Assembly (NCBI RefSeq): GCF_001457595.1
Contig: NZ_LN831039.1
Span: forward strand, 6,951,268-6,983,267
Direction: 5' to 3'
Source: Mycolicibacterium smegmatis
GTDB taxonomy: Bacteria > Actinomycetota > Actinomycetes > Mycobacteriales > Mycobacteriaceae
Length of the DNA: 32,000 nt
The notes beneath the pieces were generated by a model. The model saw only the letters and a program-made list of their open reading frames with translations. It ran no database searches and had not been told where the DNA came from. This document shows, piece by piece, positions 30,933-32,000 of this stretch. The stretch's first letter is position 1. The number at the start of each line of letters is the position of its first letter. Position numbers and translations under genes: made by a program.

Positions 30933-31312
30933 GGGGACGCCCTGCGCTTCGAGCTCACCCGCTCGAGCGCTTGACCCAACTGTCGTTCCAAACGGGACGA
31001 CGTGGCGTCACGACTGCTCGGCCTGGCCCGGATCACGATGAGATCGGCAGGGTCAAGACCGGATACGAACGTTTTGGCGACGTGCCGCAGACGGCGGGAC
31101 ACGCGGTGACGCTCCACCGCGTTGCCGACGGCTTTGGACACGATCAGACCGATCCGCGGCCCGTTCGCGTCGCCGTCATCGCCGGCATTGCCTGCGTTGC
31201 TTTCAAGGCGCAACGCGTGTACGACGACATCGGGTTGCGCGGCACGCACGCCGCGACTGACGGTGACACTGAACTCCGCGGACCGCCTCATCCGGTTTCG
31301 AGCCGGAAGCAC
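30929..31312 (-). CDS. rnpA: Ribonuclease P protein component
   Basis: GTG start at 31312 gives VLPARNRMRRSAEFSVTVSRG. RNP motif GLIVSKAVGNAVERHRVSRRLRHV. Stop overlaps the yidD start (ATGA). Confidence 0.94.
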   Translation of the reverse strand: MLPARNRMRRSAEFSVTVSRGVRAAQPDVVVHALRLESNAGNAGDDGDANGPRIGLIVSKAVGNAVERHRVSRRLRHVAKTFVSGLDPADLIVIRARPSSRDATSSRLERQLGQALERVSSKRRASP

Positions 31313-31343
31313 CGCGCTGGATCCTGCCTGTGCCGGCGCAGGA

Positions 31344-31487
31344 TCACGCAGTGAGCGCGCGACGGCCCTTGCTACGCCGGTTGGCAACGATCGCGCGGCC
31401 GGCGCGGGTGCGCATCCGCAGCCGGAACCCGTGAACACGCGCACGGCGGCGGTTGTTGGGCTGGAAGGTCCGCTTGCCCTTGGCCAC
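31344..31487 (-). CDS. rpmH: 50S ribosomal protein L34
   Basis: Not in the supplied ORF list. Manual reverse translation gives GTG GCC AAG GGC AAG CGG ACC (M)[46 protein letters not shown], 47 aa. AGGAGAG ribosome-binding sequence upstream. Confidence 0.95.
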
Positions 31488-31661
31488 GGCAATCTCTCCT
31501 TGTATTCGTATGGCGACCGCGGCCGCTCGACACTGTCGTGTCGATCAGACGCGCCCACCGTCACTAAGCTCGTTAAGCTTCGTCGGTCGTGCTTTACTAA
31601 CCGGCGCGGTCTCCGGGCGGACCCGGGCGCAGCCGTATCGCCACGTGCGGGCGACTGCTCG

Positions 31662-31690
31662 AGGGTACTGACGAGATTTGCCTGGGTCAA
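31662..31690 (-). promoter_or_regulatory. Candidate SigA-type promoter for rpmH-rnpA
   Basis: Read on the minus strand: -35 TTGACC (31690-31685), 17 nt, -10 TACCCT (31667-31662). Confidence 0.5.
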
Positions 31691-31739
31691 ACCTGCTCCA
31701 ACCGCTTGATTGGATGCTGCCCAGAGTGTTGCAGAACTG

Positions 31740-31768
31740 TTGGCACTCGGTCAGAAAACTGTTAGCTT
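31740..31768 (+). promoter_or_regulatory. Candidate SigA-type promoter directed toward dnaA
   Basis: -35 TTGGCA (31740-31745), 17 nt, -10 TAGCTT (31763-31768), in an AT-richer section of the rpmH-dnaA gap. Confidence 0.45.
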
Positions 31769-31907
31769 CTGGCAATGCCGTTCTGCTTTCGGACGGCCAC
31801 CGACAATGAAACGAGGACGTCGCAGAGCCGCCCACCGCTCAGCACGGGGCGAATTCGAGCTGACACCCCCTCACTACACACAAGAGAGCGACGACGGCTG
31901 TCCTTTC

Positions 31908-31937
31908 TCCACAAGCTGTGGATAAATATGTGGACAG
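31908..31937. promoter_or_regulatory. Cluster of DnaA-box-like 9-mers upstream of the expected dnaA start
   Basis: TGTGGATAA at 31917-31925 is the reverse complement of TTATCCACA. TGTGGACAG at 31929-31937 is the reverse complement of CTGTCCACA, one mismatch from TTGTCCACA. TCCACA-AGC-TGTGGA palindrome at 31908-31922. Confidence 0.55.
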
Positions 31938-32000
31938 ATCGCCATCGTTCTTTTGGTCGTCCATGGGTCGACCCCAGCGCCTCAAAGGGGGTAATCGTCC

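Overview
This window is a GC-rich mycobacterial chromosomal segment, most like a rapid-growing Mycobacterium/Mycolicibacterium. It is the left flank of oriC and ends just before the expected dnaA start. The right-hand part (about 11.85-32 kb) reads as the conserved series: EF-hand-like repeat protein, pcnA, mutT4-like NUDIX, Rv3909-like, murJ/mviN, sigM, anti-sigma, trxB, trxC, cwlM, Rv3916c-like, parB, parA, rsmG/gidB, jag, yidC, yidD, rnpA, rpmH. The left-hand part holds a solute-binding/permease fusion with its ABC ATPase, a MarR regulator, a GH63-type hydrolase (probable glucosylglycerate hydrolase), an SDR, leuS, an Mtc28-like antigen, a small membrane protein, YqgE/AlgH, an MFS protein and a mycothiol-dependent-isomerase-like protein. 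From recalled gene order, this left block matches M. tuberculosis Rv0036c-Rv0042c, which lies on the other side of dnaA. The junction between the two blocks carries a perfect 21-bp inverted repeat. Other readable signals are two parS-like sites, an ECF-type (SigH-like) promoter before trxB, divergent housekeeping-type promoters in the rpmH-dnaA gap, DnaA-box-like sites and GC-rich terminators. I found no mobile element, CRISPR array, rRNA or tRNA, and no convincing novel multi-gene system. The least explained items are the DxDxDG repeat protein and the junction palindrome.
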